NCBI GenBank assembly: GCA_963789955.1 | Contig: CAWBMV010000017.1 | Span: 64,001 to 128,000 of the forward strand | DNA length: 64,000 bases | Reading direction: 5' to 3' | Source of the DNA: an uncultured Candidatus Rokubacteria bacterium | GTDB lineage: Bacteria > Methylomirabilota > Methylomirabilia > Rokubacteriales > CSP1-6 | Part shown: positions 46,355 to 59,715 of the stretch, one piece after another | Layout of the letters: each line of letters begins with the position of its first letter | Numbering within the stretch: position 1 is the stretch's first letter | Notes under the pieces: generated by a model | Databases searched by the model: none | What the model was told of the DNA's origin: nothing | The model's input: the letters and a program-made list of their open reading frames with translations, nothing else | Translations under genes and position numbers: made by a program

Positions 46355-47193
46355 GGGTGGACGGCGGCTCCGATGGCGCCGAGCTGTCCGAGGAGCCGCG
46401 GCAGGTCGTCGATGCGCAGCATGTTCGGCCCGTCCGAGAGCGGACGTCCGTCGGGCAAGGTGCGATCGGGGTTCTCGTGCATCTCCATGAAGAGCGCGTC
46501 GACACCGAACGCGACCGCGGCGCGCGCCAGCGCCGGCACGTACTCGCGCTCGCCGCCGGATCGGTCGCCGGCGCCGCCGGGCAGCTGCACGGAGTGAGTC
46601 GCGTCGAACACGATCGGATATCCGAAGGAGCGCATGATCGCGAGACCGCGCATGTCGACGACGAGATTATTGTAGCCGAAGCTCGTGCCGCGCTCGGTCA
46701 GCAGGATGGCCTCGTTGCCCTTCGACAGGATCTTGTCGACGACGTTCTTCATGTCTCGCGGCGCGACGAACTGCCCCTTCTTCACGTTCACCGGCTTGCC
46801 CGTGGCCGCCGCCGCGAGGAGCAGGTCGGTCTGCCGGCAGAGGAATGCCGGGATCTGGATCACGTCGAGGACCTCGGCGGCGGGATCGACCTCGCTGACC
46901 TGGTGGACGTCCGACAGCACCGGAACCCGGAGCGTGTCGCGGACCTTTTTCAGGATCCGCAGCCCCTCGACGAGACCGGGTCCGCGATAGCTGTTGACCG
47001 AGGAACGGTTCGCCTTGTCGTAGGACGATTTGTAGATGAACGGCACCCGACAGTCGGCGGCGATGGCGGCCAGCCGCTCGGCCGTCATCAGGGCGTGCCG
47101 CTCGTTCTCGATGGCGCAGGGGCCCCCGATGAGGGCCAGCGGCGCGCCGCCGCCGATCGTGACGGAGCCGACCGCGACCGGACGCGTGGTCAT
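46351..47193 (-). CDS. kdsA: KDO8P synthase
   Basis: [39 protein letters not shown]. Confidence 0.96.
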   Translation of the reverse strand: MTTRPVAVGSVTIGGGAPLALIGGPCAIENERHALMTAERLAAIAADCRVPFIYKSSYDKANRSSVNSYRGPGLVEGLRILKKVRDTLRVPVLSDVHQVSEVDPAAEVLDVIQIPAFLCRQTDLLLAAAATGKPVNVKKGQFVAPRDMKNVVDKILSKGNEAILLTERGTSFGYNNLVVDMRGLAIMRSFGYPIVFDATHSVQLPGGAGDRSGGEREYVPALARAAVAFGVDALFMEMHENPDRTLPDGRPLSDGPNMLRIDDLPRLLGQLGAIGAAVHP

Positions 47194-48791
47194 GGCGCGG
47201 TGTGCGCGAGCGCGGCCTTGATGAAGCCGGCGAAGAGCGGATGCGGCTCCCACGGCCGGGAACGGAACTCGGGGTGGAACTGCCCGGCGACGAAGTACGG
47301 ATGCTCGGCGATTTCGATGATCTCCACCAGCTGCTTCTCGGCCCAGATCCCGGAGATGCGCAGGCCGGTCTTCTCCAGCCGCGGCAGATAGTCGTTGTTC
47401 ACCTCGTAGCGATGGCGATGACGCTCCTGGATGATCCCCTGCCCGTACAGCCGCGAGGCGAGACTGCCCTCGCCCAGGACGATCGGATAGAGGCCCAGTC
47501 GCATCGTGCCGCCCTTGTCGGCGAGCCCGCGCTGTTCCGGGAGCAGATCGATCACCAGATGCGGCGAATTCGGATCGAACTCCGAGGAGCTCGCGCCGCC
47601 GAGGCCGCAGACGTTGCGCGCATACTCGATGACGGCGCACTGCATGCCGAGGCAGATGCCGAGGTACGGCACGCGCCGCTCGCGGGCGTAGCGCACCGCT
47701 TCGATCTTGCCCTGGATGCCCCGGTCGCCGAAGCCGCCGGGTACCAGGATGCCGTGGACGCCGGTGAACTGCGCGTCGGCGCCGTCGCGCTCGATGTGCT
47801 CGGCGTCGACCCACTGCACGTCGACCCGCGCCTCGTTGGCGATCCCGCCGTGGGCCAGCGCTTCCACGAGGCTCTTGTAGGAGTCCTTCAGCTCGACGTA
47901 CTTGCCGACGACCGCGATGCGTGTCTCGACCAGGGGCGACTTCACGCGACGCACCACGGCCTCCCAGCGCGAGAGATCGATCCGGCGGGGCTCGAGGCCC
48001 AGCAGCTTCACGATGATCTCGTCGAGTCCCTCGCGGTGGAAGTTGAGCGGGACCTCGTAGATCGTCTCGACGTCCTTGGCCGTGATGACGGCCTCCTCCT
48101 CGACGTCGCAGAAGAGCGCGATCTTCGACTTGATGCCCGGCGGCAGATAGCGATCCGTGCGACAGAGCAGGATGTCCGGCTGGATCCCGATCGCCCGCAG
48201 CTCCTTGACCGAGTGCTGCGTGGCCTTCGTCTTGAGCTCCGAGGCCGCCTGCATGTACGGCACGAGCGTCAGGTGCACGTAGATCACGTTCTCGCGCCCG
48301 ACGTCCTTCCTGAACTGGCGCACGGCCTCCAGGAACGGAAGCCCCTCGATGTCGCCGACGGTGCCGCCGACCTCGACGATGACCACGTCGGTGTCGCGGG
48401 AGACCTTCCGGATGGACGCCTTGATCTCGTCGGTGATGTGGGGAATCACCTGGACCGTGCGTCCGAGATAGTCGCCGCGCCGCTCCTTCTGGATGACCGA
48501 GTAGTAGACCTTGCCGGTCGTCACGTTGTGGTCGCGCGTCACGCGACTCGACGTGAATCGCTCATAGTGGCCCAGGTCCAGATCGGTCTCGCCGCCGTCA
48601 TCGGTGACGAAGACCTCGCCGTGCTGGTACGGGCTCATGGTCCCCGCGTCCACGTTGATGTACGGATCCATCTTCTGCAGCGTCACGCGAAAGCCGCGTG
48701 CCTCCAGCAGCGCCCCGATCGAGGCCGCCGCCAGACCCTTGCCGAGGGACGACACGACGCCGCCGGTCACGAAGATGTATTTCGGGGCCAA
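47190..48791 (-). CDS. pyrG: CTP synthase
   Basis: [41 protein letters not shown] start after AAGGAGG. Confidence 0.97.
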   Translation of the reverse strand: MAPKYIFVTGGVVSSLGKGLAAASIGALLEARGFRVTLQKMDPYINVDAGTMSPYQHGEVFVTDDGGETDLDLGHYERFTSSRVTRDHNVTTGKVYYSVIQKERRGDYLGRTVQVIPHITDEIKASIRKVSRDTDVVIVEVGGTVGDIEGLPFLEAVRQFRKDVGRENVIYVHLTLVPYMQAASELKTKATQHSVKELRAIGIQPDILLCRTDRYLPPGIKSKIALFCDVEEEAVITAKDVETIYEVPLNFHREGLDEIIVKLLGLEPRRIDLSRWEAVVRRVKSPLVETRIAVVGKYVELKDSYKSLVEALAHGGIANEARVDVQWVDAEHIERDGADAQFTGVHGILVPGGFGDRGIQGKIEAVRYARERRVPYLGICLGMQCAVIEYARNVCGLGGASSSEFDPNSPHLVIDLLPEQRGLADKGGTMRLGLYPIVLGEGSLASRLYGQGIIQERHRHRYEVNNDYLPRLEKTGLRISGIWAEKQLVEIIEIAEHPYFVAGQFHPEFRSRPWEPHPLFAGFIKAALAHTAP

Positions 48792-48792
48792 C

Positions 48793-50433
48793 TCATCCTC
48801 CTTTCGCGATCCGTTGTCGGACGTGCTCTTCTTCCATGGCACGGCTTGTCAGGGTTCCGTCGAGACGCGCGTCGCGCAGCTCGGCCAGGACGCGCGCGAC
48901 CGCCGGCCCGCGCGGCACGCCAAGGGCGACGACGTCATCGCCGCTCAGAGACGCGACGCGCGGATCGAGCGAGGCGAACCAGTCGACCGTCGAGCGGACT
49001 GCGCGGTCGCCGGTCAGCCAGAGCCACGCGAGCTCGGTCGGCGCGCATCCGCGGAGCTCGCGCGCCCGCTCGCTCGGCGCGCCGGCCGCGGCGAGCTTCG
49101 CGGCGAGCGCCGCGGAACCGGCGTGCGCCCGCTCGAGCGTGGCCAGCGGACCACCCGCGAAGCCGAGCCGCGTGAAGAGCGAGCCGCCGTCCGAGCGCGA
49201 GGCGGCCAGCGCCAGCGCCGCGAGCCCGACCGCGTCGGTGTCGAGGCCGCGGCCGCGGGCCCAGGCGAGGGTCTCCGGCAGCGCGCCGAGACGGCGCCGA
49301 CTCGCGGCCGCGAACCGATAGCTCGGGTCCAGCAGACGGAACGCTCCCGAGCGCCCGAGCCGGAGGAGGATGGTCCCGGCCTGCGGTTCGCTCAGGATCA
49401 GCTCGAGCTCGGCGGCGATGCGCTGACCCGAGAGCGCGGCATACGGCACGAGCCGGAGCGCCAGGGCCTGCGCGCTGATCGTGGCGCGATCCGGCGCGAG
49501 CCCGAGGCGCGCGGCGTATCGTGCGGCGCGGAAGATGCGCGTCGGATCCTCGACGTACGAGAGCGGGTGCAGCACGCGGAGCCGCCGGCGCGCGAGGTCG
49601 AGCCGGCCACCGAGCGGATCGATCAAGCCGAACTCTCCGGAGGAGAGCTCGATCGCCATCGCGTTGACGGTGAAGTCGCGCCGTCGCAGATCGTCCGCGA
49701 TCCCCGCCGGCAGCACGCGCGGCAGCGCGCCCGGGGACTCGTAACGCTCCGAGCGCGACGTGGCCACGTCGATCTTCCCGAGCTTCGGAGTCTCGACCGA
49801 TGCCGTCAGGAACCGGCGATGCTCGACGACCGAGCCGCCGAGCGCGTGCGCGAGGCGTTGGGCCAGCGCGGGCCCGTCCCCCTCGACCACGATGTCGAGG
49901 TCGCGCCGGCTCGGCGTGGCGCCGCGCCACAGATCGCGCACGAGCCCGCCGACGAGGTAGGCGCGGCCGTCCTGCTCCTCGGCGATCCGCCCGACCGTTC
50001 CGAGGAGCTCGCGCACCTCGTCCGGCAGCCCGCGGACGACTCGGCCGGCCGCCGAGGCGTCGGCCAGACGGGCACCGGTGAATCGGCCGCTGACCGCGCC
50101 CGCGGCGCCTCGCGGGCCCCGCACGACGACGAGCGGCGCGCCGGTCGCCAGGAGCCGGCGGACCTTTCCCTCGCCCGCGCCCGGATCGACCTCGGGCACG
50201 GCGCGCGCGAGCTGCGCGGCGCGGAGCGCGCCGAGACCGAGCGACGTCGCGCGAACGAGATCGTCGCGGAGCACGTACGAGGCGCCGGCGGCGACGACGG
50301 CGGCGTTCCGCTTGCGCGCGAGCACGAGCGCCTCGGTCACGCCGACTCCGGCCGCGGCCGGCGCGATCGCGACGTCGGCGAGATCGGCGGCGGCGAGGCT
50401 CACTTGCGGATACACGTGCGCCCGCTTCGCCAT
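48793..50433 (-). CDS. cca: Class II tRNA nucleotidyltransferase with degenerate CBS-like N-terminus
   Basis: [32 protein letters not shown]. Confidence 0.88.
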   Translation of the reverse strand: MAKRAHVYPQVSLAAADLADVAIAPAAAGVGVTEALVLARKRNAAVVAAGASYVLRDDLVRATSLGLGALRAAQLARAVPEVDPGAGEGKVRRLLATGAPLVVVRGPRGAAGAVSGRFTGARLADASAAGRVVRGLPDEVRELLGTVGRIAEEQDGRAYLVGGLVRDLWRGATPSRRDLDIVVEGDGPALAQRLAHALGGSVVEHRRFLTASVETPKLGKIDVATSRSERYESPGALPRVLPAGIADDLRRRDFTVNAMAIELSSGEFGLIDPLGGRLDLARRRLRVLHPLSYVEDPTRIFRAARYAARLGLAPDRATISAQALALRLVPYAALSGQRIAAELELILSEPQAGTILLRLGRSGAFRLLDPSYRFAAASRRRLGALPETLAWARGRGLDTDAVGLAALALAASRSDGGSLFTRLGFAGGPLATLERAHAGSAALAAKLAAAGAPSERARELRGCAPTELAWLWLTGDRAVRSTVDWFASLDPRVASLSGDDVVALGVPRGPAVARVLAELRDARLDGTLTSRAMEEEHVRQRIAKGG

Positions 50434-50435
50434 GT

Positions 50436-51320
50436 TCACGCCCGCGGATGGAAGCGCCGATACATTTGCAGCAAGGTCGCCGACGGCAGATGCGTGTAGA
50501 TCTGCGTCGTCGCGATGTCGGCATGGCCGAGCATCGCCTGGATCGAGCGCAGGTCGGCGCCGCCTTCGAGGAGATGGCTCGCGAACGAGTGGCGCAGCAC
50601 GTGCGGCGAGATGCGCTGGCGGAGGCCGGCGCGAGCCGCGGCGTGCCGCACGATCGTCCACAGCGACTGCCGGGAGAGACGACCGCCCCGCGGGTTCACG
50701 AACACGCGGCCGCTGTCCCGCGCGCGCGTGTAGAGGGGCCGGATGTCGCGGAGGTAGCGACTGACCCACTGCGCGGCCTCGCCGCCGACCGGAACGAGGC
50801 GCTGCTTGCGTCCCTTTCCCGTGCACACCACGTATCCCGCGCTCAGGTTGACGTCGTCCAGGGTCAGCCCCAGACACTCGGAGGCGCGCATGCCGGTGGC
50901 GTAGAGCAGCTCGAGCACGGCGCGATCGCGTACGCCGCGCGGCTCGGTCAGGTCGGGCGATTCGACGAGCGCCGCCGCGACGTCGCGTGAGAGCGTGCGC
51001 GGCAGCGCCCGCGCCCGTCGCGGCGTCTCGAGATTCTCGGTGGGATCTCGGCGAAGCCCGCCCTCGCGGACCAGATGCTTGTAGAGCCCTCGCAGCGCCG
51101 AGATGCGTCGCGCGACGCTGGCCGGGCGCAGGCCGCGGGTCCGCAGGCGCTCGAGGTACCCGACGATATCGTCGGGGCCGGCGCGGCGCAGTGTGCGGTG
51201 CTGATCGTGGAGGAACTGGGTGAAGTCGGTGAGATCGCGGCGGTAGGCACTGAGAGTATTTCGGGAGGCCCCCCTCTCTGCCTGGAGGGCGCCGAGATAC
51301 TCGACTACGACATCGGTCAT
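50436..51320 (-). CDS. xerD: Tyrosine recombinase XerD
   Basis: NTL.AY..DL, LYATGMR.SE, GKG.KQR, HVLRHSFASHL, LGHADIATTQIY. Confidence 0.93.
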   Translation of the reverse strand: MTDVVVEYLGALQAERGASRNTLSAYRRDLTDFTQFLHDQHRTLRRAGPDDIVGYLERLRTRGLRPASVARRISALRGLYKHLVREGGLRRDPTENLETPRRARALPRTLSRDVAAALVESPDLTEPRGVRDRAVLELLYATGMRASECLGLTLDDVNLSAGYVVCTGKGRKQRLVPVGGEAAQWVSRYLRDIRPLYTRARDSGRVFVNPRGGRLSRQSLWTIVRHAAARAGLRQRISPHVLRHSFASHLLEGGADLRSIQAMLGHADIATTQIYTHLPSATLLQMYRRFHPRA

Positions 51321-51409
51321 AGAGTGACCACGTCGGATTCTATCACGACGCTCGACAATCGTGAAGGGCGTGCGCGGCCGAAAAAGCGCGCGTCGTCGTG
51401 CGCGCCGCG

Positions 51410-52983
51410 TCAGGGTTCGCCGTCGCGCCGGCGACGACGGTAGAGACTCAGGAGCGCGGTGCGCTCGGTGATGCCGAGCGCGGCGCTCGCCGCCCAGAAA
51501 ACGCCGGCACCGACCGCGATCGCCACCGCCAGCCACGCGACTTCGACCACGAACGACGATCGCGCCGGCCACAGCGCCAGCGCGAGCCAGCACACCGCCG
51601 CCAGCGGCAGCGACGCCAGCAGGGTCCGCGCCGCGCCGCTGACGAGCGCGCGCCCGCCGAGCCGGCCGAGCCGCAGGCGCGCGATCACGAGCAGCGCCAC
51701 CAGATTCACGTACGAGCCGATCGACGCGGCGGCCGCCAGGCCGGCGTGGCCGAGCGGCCCCATCAGCGCCAGCGCCGCCACGACGTTCGCGACGATCGAG
51801 ACGACGCCCCACCGCACCGCCGTGGCCGCTTCGCCGCGGGCGTAGAAGGTCTGCGCCACGATGCGCGAGCCGGAGAAGCCGGCGAGGCCGATCGCGTACC
51901 ACGCGAGCGCTTCCGCGGTGGCCGCCGTCTCCGCCGGGCCGAACCGCCCGCGCTCGAAGAGCACGCGCACGATCGGCGTGCGGAGCACCACGAGCCCCAC
52001 GGTGGCCGGCACCGACACGTAGAACGCGAGGCGGAGCGCGAAGTTCAGGGTGTCGGCCAGCGCGCGATGGTCCTGCGCCGCGGCGTGGCGCGACATCACC
52101 GGCAGCGAGGCCGAGGCGAGCGCGATGCCGAACACGCCGAGGGGAAATTCCATCACGCGGTCGGCGTAGTACAGATACGAGATCGAGCCGAGCGGCAGCA
52201 GCGAGGCGAGCAAGGTGTTGACGAACACCATCAGCTGCACCGCCGCCAGCCCGAAGACCGCCGGCAGCAGGAGCCGCGTGATCCGCGCGATCGCCGGATG
52301 GCGGAGATCGCGCGACGGGCGCCACCAGGAGCCCGCCCGCCGAGAGACTCGGGACCTGGACGAGGAGCTGTCCCACACCGCCCGCGAGGACGCCGATGGC
52401 CAGCGACACGATGGGCTGGTCCAGATGGCGCGCGACCAGCAGGACGGCGAGGATCATGCCGACGTTGAGCACCGCCGGCCCGATCGCGCTCGCGAAGAAT
52501 TTCCCCTGCGAGTTGAGGATGCCCGGTGGCCATTGCGGCGAGGCCGACCAGGATCAGAAACGGGAACATGATTCGCGTGAGGGTGACCGCCAGCGCGGCC
52601 TGAGCCGGATCGTCCATGAAGCCCGGCGCGATCGCTTGCAAGATCGCGGGCGTGAAGACGATGCCGAGCCCGGTCGTCACCGTCAGGGCCAGCAGCGACA
52701 GGCCGAGGACGGCGCGAAGCATCCGGAGGAGCTCGGGCCGGTCGCCGCGCGCCATGTAGTCCGTGAAGACCGGGATCATCGCGGTGGACAGGGCGCCTTC
52801 GGCGAGGAGCCGCCGGAGGATGTTGGGGATGCGGAAGGCGACGAAGAACGCGTCGGTGAGCGGGCCGGCGCCGAAGGCCCTTGCCACCACCATGTCCCGC
52901 ACGAACCCCAGAAGCCGGCTCAGCAGGGTCGCGCTGGCGATCCCGCCGAGCGCCCGGACGACCTGCCCTTCGCTCGCCCTCAT
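51410..52983 (-). CDS. murJ: Lipid II flippase (frameshifts near 52523 and 52319)
   Basis: SRLLGFVRD, AFRIPN..RRL.AEG, YYADR..EFP.G.FG, FERG.F. Confidence 0.93.
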
Positions 52984-53057
52984 CTTGATATTCCCCGGTC
53001 CCTGCGGCATGATGCAACGCGGATTCGACATCGACTGGCACCACGAGGAGCTTTGAT

Positions 53058-53309
53058 TTGGCGAACACGAAGTCGGCAATGAAGCGGGATCGACAGAACG
53101 AGCGCCGGCGGCTGCGCAATCGCTCCCTGCGCACCAAGCTTCGCGGCGCGATCAAGACGGCGCGTTCCGCCGAGGGCACCACGAAGCCCGCCGCCGTCCT
53201 CGAGGCGATCCGCGCGCTCGACAAGGCGGTCAGCAAGGGCGTGGTCCACCGCAACACGGCCGCGCGCAAGAAGTCCGCGCTCGCCCGGCGTCTGGTCGCC
53301 GCGAAGTAA
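53058..53309 (+). CDS. rpsT: 30S ribosomal protein S20
   Basis: ANTKSA.KR, LDKAVSKG..H.N.AARKKS; GAGGAG RBS and TTG start. Confidence 0.97.
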   Translation: MANTKSAMKRDRQNERRRLRNRSLRTKLRGAIKTARSAEGTTKPAAVLEAIRALDKAVSKGVVHRNTAARKKSALARRLVAAK

Positions 53310-53371
53310 CCCGCTCCTCCTCCTCACGCGGCGCCTCGGCCCGCCCGGGCGCCTTCCACCGCTCGCGCGGC

Positions 53372-54742
53372 TCATCGCGACGCCGCGCCCGAGTCGCACG
53401 CCGAGGACGCCCGCGTCGCCGAGCGTGATTCCGGGCGAAGCTCGCGGAGTGCGTCGATCGCCGCGTCGGCGAGGCAGCGGCCCGCCGCGTGCCCGTAGAT
53501 CGTCGCGCACGCGACGTACGTCGCGGCGCGCGTGTCCTCGCGCGTGGTGAAGTAGCCGAGATAGTCGTTCGACAGCCCGGCGACGAAGACCGACGCGAAG
53601 CGACCGTGCGCCTCGTGCTTGATCGCCTGGCCGAGCGCCGTCTGGAGCTCGCCGGGGAACGTCACCCAGGCCGTGTCGCCGAGCGCGGCCGCGACCAGCG
53701 AGACGGCGCGAGGCATGGCGAAGCCGAGCGGCACCGCGAAGAATCCGGGCACCCAGCTCCCGAAGCAGCGCTCGAGCGACACCGCCGGCGACGGAAGCGA
53801 GACGTTCGCTCCGAGATTCGCAGGGTGCTGACGGGCCGGGGCCGCGCTTGCGCCCAGCCGGCTTCGACCGCCGCGGACAGCTCCGCGGCCGTGTCCAGCA
53901 TGGCGCGCTCGCCGTGGTGCGCGGGGCTCACGTCACCGACGGCACCGTTGACGAAGAGCGCGGGCGCGCCGAGCTTCTGCTTCGAGCCGCGCGGACGCGA
54001 CGCCCATGACGTCGCCCGACAGGCGCAGGTTGGCGGCCGAGAGCATCGTGCCGTGGATCGCGAAGTTCCACACCAGCGCGAGCGGCGTCCCGCCGACGGT
54101 GGTGAGCTTCAGCACGACGATCTCGGGGTCGAGCGCTTTGCCGAGCCGGCTCACCGTGACCGCCGGCGCCGACACGCTCGTCGCCGCGGCGAGCGCCGGG
54201 ACCCGCGTGCGCTCGGCCTGCTGGATCGCCGCGACGGCACTCGCCACGAGTGCGTCGCGTACCGCCGGGTCGAATCGATCGACCGCCACCAGGCCCATGA
54301 GCCCCGAATCTATGAACGCGCCGGGCCCCGAGTGCGTATGGGAGGCCGAGACCACGAGCGTCGCCTTGGGCACGCCCGAACGGGCGAGCTGGTCCTCGAC
54401 GGCCCGGACGAACGTACGATCGACCGCCACGAGGTCGAGCGTGATCCACGCGAGGCGAGTCGCGCCGGCCTCGAGGACGAGCGCGCGCGTCGTCAGCGGA
54501 TCGCGCTCGCCGATCGAGGGCTTGAACCAGAACGCGTGCGCATAGCGGCCGAAGACGTCGGGGAACGCGAGCCGCCGCTTCAGCCCCCCGTAACCGGCCA
54601 GCGGCGCGCCCGGCGGGACGCGCACGGTGACGGACGCCGCGCCGGCGGTCACGCACTCGGCGCAGCGCTCCGCCGCAGTCGCGACTGCCGTGAGGCCGGC
54701 GCCTCCGAGGAGGAGGCCGAGCGCGATCGAGCGGCCGATCAC
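53372..54742 (-). CDS. Secreted neutral/alkaline ceramidase-like protein (frameshifts near 53981 and 53802)
   Basis: Signal peptide, LAGYG, SASHTHSGPG, NFAIHGT, LSGD, NGAVGDVSP, PGE, NDYLGY. Confidence 0.82.
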
Positions 54743-55749
54743 CTCTCCGCGCACAGGTCGGCCACCAGGGCGACCATCTCCGCCCGCGGCTCTCCACTGC
54801 TCTTGAGCCGGCGTTCGGTGTCCCAGCACCGACGGAGCTTCCACGCGAAGCGGGCTTCGGTGCCGCTGGCAGAGCCGGTGAGCGTCTCGATCACCATCGG
54901 CGGCCGACGCAGGGCGCGGGCGATCTCCTCCACCGTCCGGCCCCGGCGTCGGAGCGCGACCGCGGTCCACGCCGTTCTCACGTCGCGCGCCAGCACCGTG
55001 AGCAGGAGCATCGCGTCCTCGGTGGCGAGCAGGCGGTCGAGTGTCTTGAGCGCGCCGGCGCGGTCGCGGCGCTCGACGGCTCGCGTCAGGTCGAAGATGT
55101 CGTCCAGCCGCTGCTCGCCGACGATCGCGCCGACGTCCTTGACGCCGACGTTGCGGTTGTCGGGTCCACCCGCGAGCGCGGCCTTGCGCGCCTCGCCCAG
55201 CAAGGTGGCGGTGTCTTCTCCCGTCAGCTCCACCAGAAGCCGCGCCGCCTCGTCGGTGATCGTCAAGCCTTCGAGGGCCGCGCGCTGACGGATCCAGCCC
55301 GCGAGGTCGCGGGCGCCGCGTGTCGGGAGCTCGACGATCGCCGCCGCCGGCAGCGCGCCGAGCAGCCAGTGGTCGGTGCGCCGATCGCGCGAGGCGCGGA
55401 GCGGCTCGTCGGCCAGCAGCAGGAGACAGCTCGCGGGGTTCGGGCTCTTCGCGTAGCCGCCGAGTATCTCCGCGCCCTTCGCGGCGAGCGCCTGCGCGCG
55501 CCGGACGGCCACGAGTCGCCGGTCGACGCCGAGCGGCAGGGTCGAGGCCGAGCGCACGATCTCGTCGGCGTTGCTCTCGCGGGCGTCGAAGACCTCGCGA
55601 CCCCAGGCGGCCATCGCGCGATCCGGGAACAGGCCGCGGGTCGCGGCGTCGAGCGCGTCGTCGAGCAGCTGGACGTCGCCGCCGTGCAGCAGGGCCAGCG
55701 CCGGCGCCTCGCCGCGCTCGGCCTGTTTGATGAATGTCGCGTAGTCCAT
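54739..55749 (-). CDS. holA: DNA polymerase III delta subunit
   Basis: leuS-lptE-holA synteny; TLP...RRLV.V, E..K, IFDL..A, LKSS. Confidence 0.88.
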   Translation of the reverse strand: MDYATFIKQAERGEAPALALLHGGDVQLLDDALDAATRGLFPDRAMAAWGREVFDARESNADEIVRSASTLPLGVDRRLVAVRRAQALAAKGAEILGGYAKSPNPASCLLLLADEPLRASRDRRTDHWLLGALPAAAIVELPTRGARDLAGWIRQRAALEGLTITDEAARLLVELTGEDTATLLGEARKAALAGGPDNRNVGVKDVGAIVGEQRLDDIFDLTRAVERRDRAGALKTLDRLLATEDAMLLLTVLARDVRTAWTAVALRRRGRTVEEIARALRRPPMVIETLTGSASGTEARFAWKLRRCWDTERRLKSSGEPRAEMVALVADLCAER

Positions 55750-56052
55750 TTACCGAGTAGTTTGAGGCCGCAACGGGTGAGGGTGGCCTGATGTAGGTGC
55801 GAGTGGCTCCGCTCGCCCGGTCATTTCGTCGGCGACGGTCGGCCCCGCGTGGAGTATCGAGGGCCCGTGGGCCGACAATCCGAGATTGCGCGCGTTTCCG
55901 CGGGGGTTTCCGTTCGAGGAACTGAGACGGCGCTGGAGATTCACGCCGCGGTCCCCTCGGCCGGCAGCTTGAGAAAATCCTTGAGGTGCCGCGGGTCGAT
56001 GCGGTCGGCCCGGGAGCGGCTCGCGGCGCGGCGCGTCGGGTGGTTCGCGGGG

Positions 56053-56564
56053 TCAAAACCTGTCGATGGTCAGGCTGACGATGGAGCGGGCGACGAAGGT
56101 GGCCGCGGTGCGCACCGCCGCCTCCTCGCTCGAGATGGTCTGCGATACCGCTCCCTGCACCTGAAAGTCGGCCTGCTCCTTCAGCCCCTGCTGGTCGAAC
56201 AGGGTCTCGTTCTTCCGCACGTCCCGCAGGCGGAGGTTCATCGTCACGATCAGGCGGTACTGACGGACGTTGGCCTGGTTGTCGAACGCGATGGACTGCA
56301 CGCTGTAGCCGGTCACTTCGCCATTGAGGATCGCGTCGGCCTCCTCCGGCTTGACCACACGGAGCCGGCCGTTCGAGGCGTAGGCCTCCACGACCGCGCT
56401 GGTGAGGAAGTTCTCGACGCCGGGCTCGGCCGTCTTGTTCGTGAACACCGGCACCGCCACCGTCTTGATGTGGTCCGGGAGGTTGCCGCGGAACGAATAG
56501 CCGCAGCCCGCGAGGCCGACGGCGAGCAGGGCCAGGCCGAGTGCCGGCGCGCGGCCGGGCCGTG

Positions 56565-56568
<4 letters not shown>
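56053..56568 (-). CDS. lptE: LPS assembly lipoprotein
   Basis: Lipobox LAGC, GY, F.NKT; directly after leuS. Confidence 0.88.
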
Positions 56569-59054
<2,486 letters not shown>

Positions 59055-59135
59055 GATTAAGCTAGATATTTAACATACTTAGCCCGCAGGGGCAAGAAGT
59101 GGTGCGGGGTCGGGCCGGCGAGACGACCCGGAGAG

Positions 59136-59387
59136 CTACTTCTTCACGCCGAGCATGCCGAGCGCCTCGTTGGCCTCGCGCATCGAGTCGGCGTGCTTGC
59201 CTTCCTTGTGGAGCGCCGCCGCGCGATCGAGCTTGGCCAGGGCGTTCTTCACGTTCGGGTCGTTCTGGTTCATCGTGGCCGCGGCGTCGCGACCCTGCTT
59301 GATGAGCACGGGACACATCGAGGCGGACGCCGCCGACGACACGAGCGTCAGCGCCAGTACTGCGGCGCATCCCAGTCGGAATCGCAT
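59136..59387 (-). CDS. Small secreted helical protein, paralogue B
   Basis: Signal peptide then MCPVLIKQGR...LHKEGKHADS...LGVKK; GAGAGG RBS. Confidence 0.85.
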   Translation of the reverse strand: MRFRLGCAAVLALTLVSSAASASMCPVLIKQGRDAAATMNQNDPNVKNALAKLDRAAALHKEGKHADSMREANEALGMLGVKK

Positions 59388-59411
59388 CGTGACACCTCTC
59401 CGAGGGGCTCT

Positions 59412-59444
59412 GGCGTGACGCGGCCGATCCGGCCGCGTCACGCC
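59412..59444. repeat. Perfect 15-bp hairpin between the two paralogues
   Basis: GGCGTGACGCGGCCG-ATC-CGGCCGCGTCACGCC. Confidence 0.9.
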
Positions 59445-59460
59445 CAAACCGGTGCGCGCT

Positions 59461-59715
59461 CTACTTCTTTACGCCGAGATCTGCGACAGCTTCGTTGGCC
59501 AGCTTGAGCGAGTCCGCATGCTTGCCACCGTCGTGGAGCTTCTGCGCCTCGTCGAGCTTGGCGACCGCCGCCTTCACCTTCGGATCACTCGCGTTCATCT
59601 TCGCGGCCGCTTCTCGGCCCTCTTTGATCACCTTCGGGCAGGAGCTTGCGAACGCTCCACCCGCTGTGAAGGCCAGCGCGACCGTTACCGCCGTGACTGC
59701 CATGAGCTTTCTCAT
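59461..59715 (-). CDS. Small secreted helical protein, paralogue A
   Basis: Signal peptide (AFA) then SCPKVIKEGR...LHDGGKHADS...LGVKK; GGAGG RBS. Confidence 0.88.
   Translation of the reverse strand: MRKLMAVTAVTVALAFTAGGAFASSCPKVIKEGREAAAKMNASDPKVKAAVAKLDEAQKLHDGGKHADSLKLANEAVADLGVKK

Noticed and set aside
50436..52472. MurJ-XerD fusion, or an integrase marking a mobile element
   Set aside because: The fusion is a frameshift and read-through artefact. The recombinase is XerD-like in housekeeping context, with no att sites, phage genes or cargo.
55750..56052. tmRNA, RNase P RNA or tRNA in the lptE-holA gap
   Set aside because: No tRNA-like ends, T-loop or RNase P conserved motifs recognisable by eye.
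59136..59715. Small paralogues as c-type cytochromes or lipoproteins
   Set aside because: No CxxCH motif, and the Cys follows an Ala-x-Ala type cleavage region rather than a lipobox.
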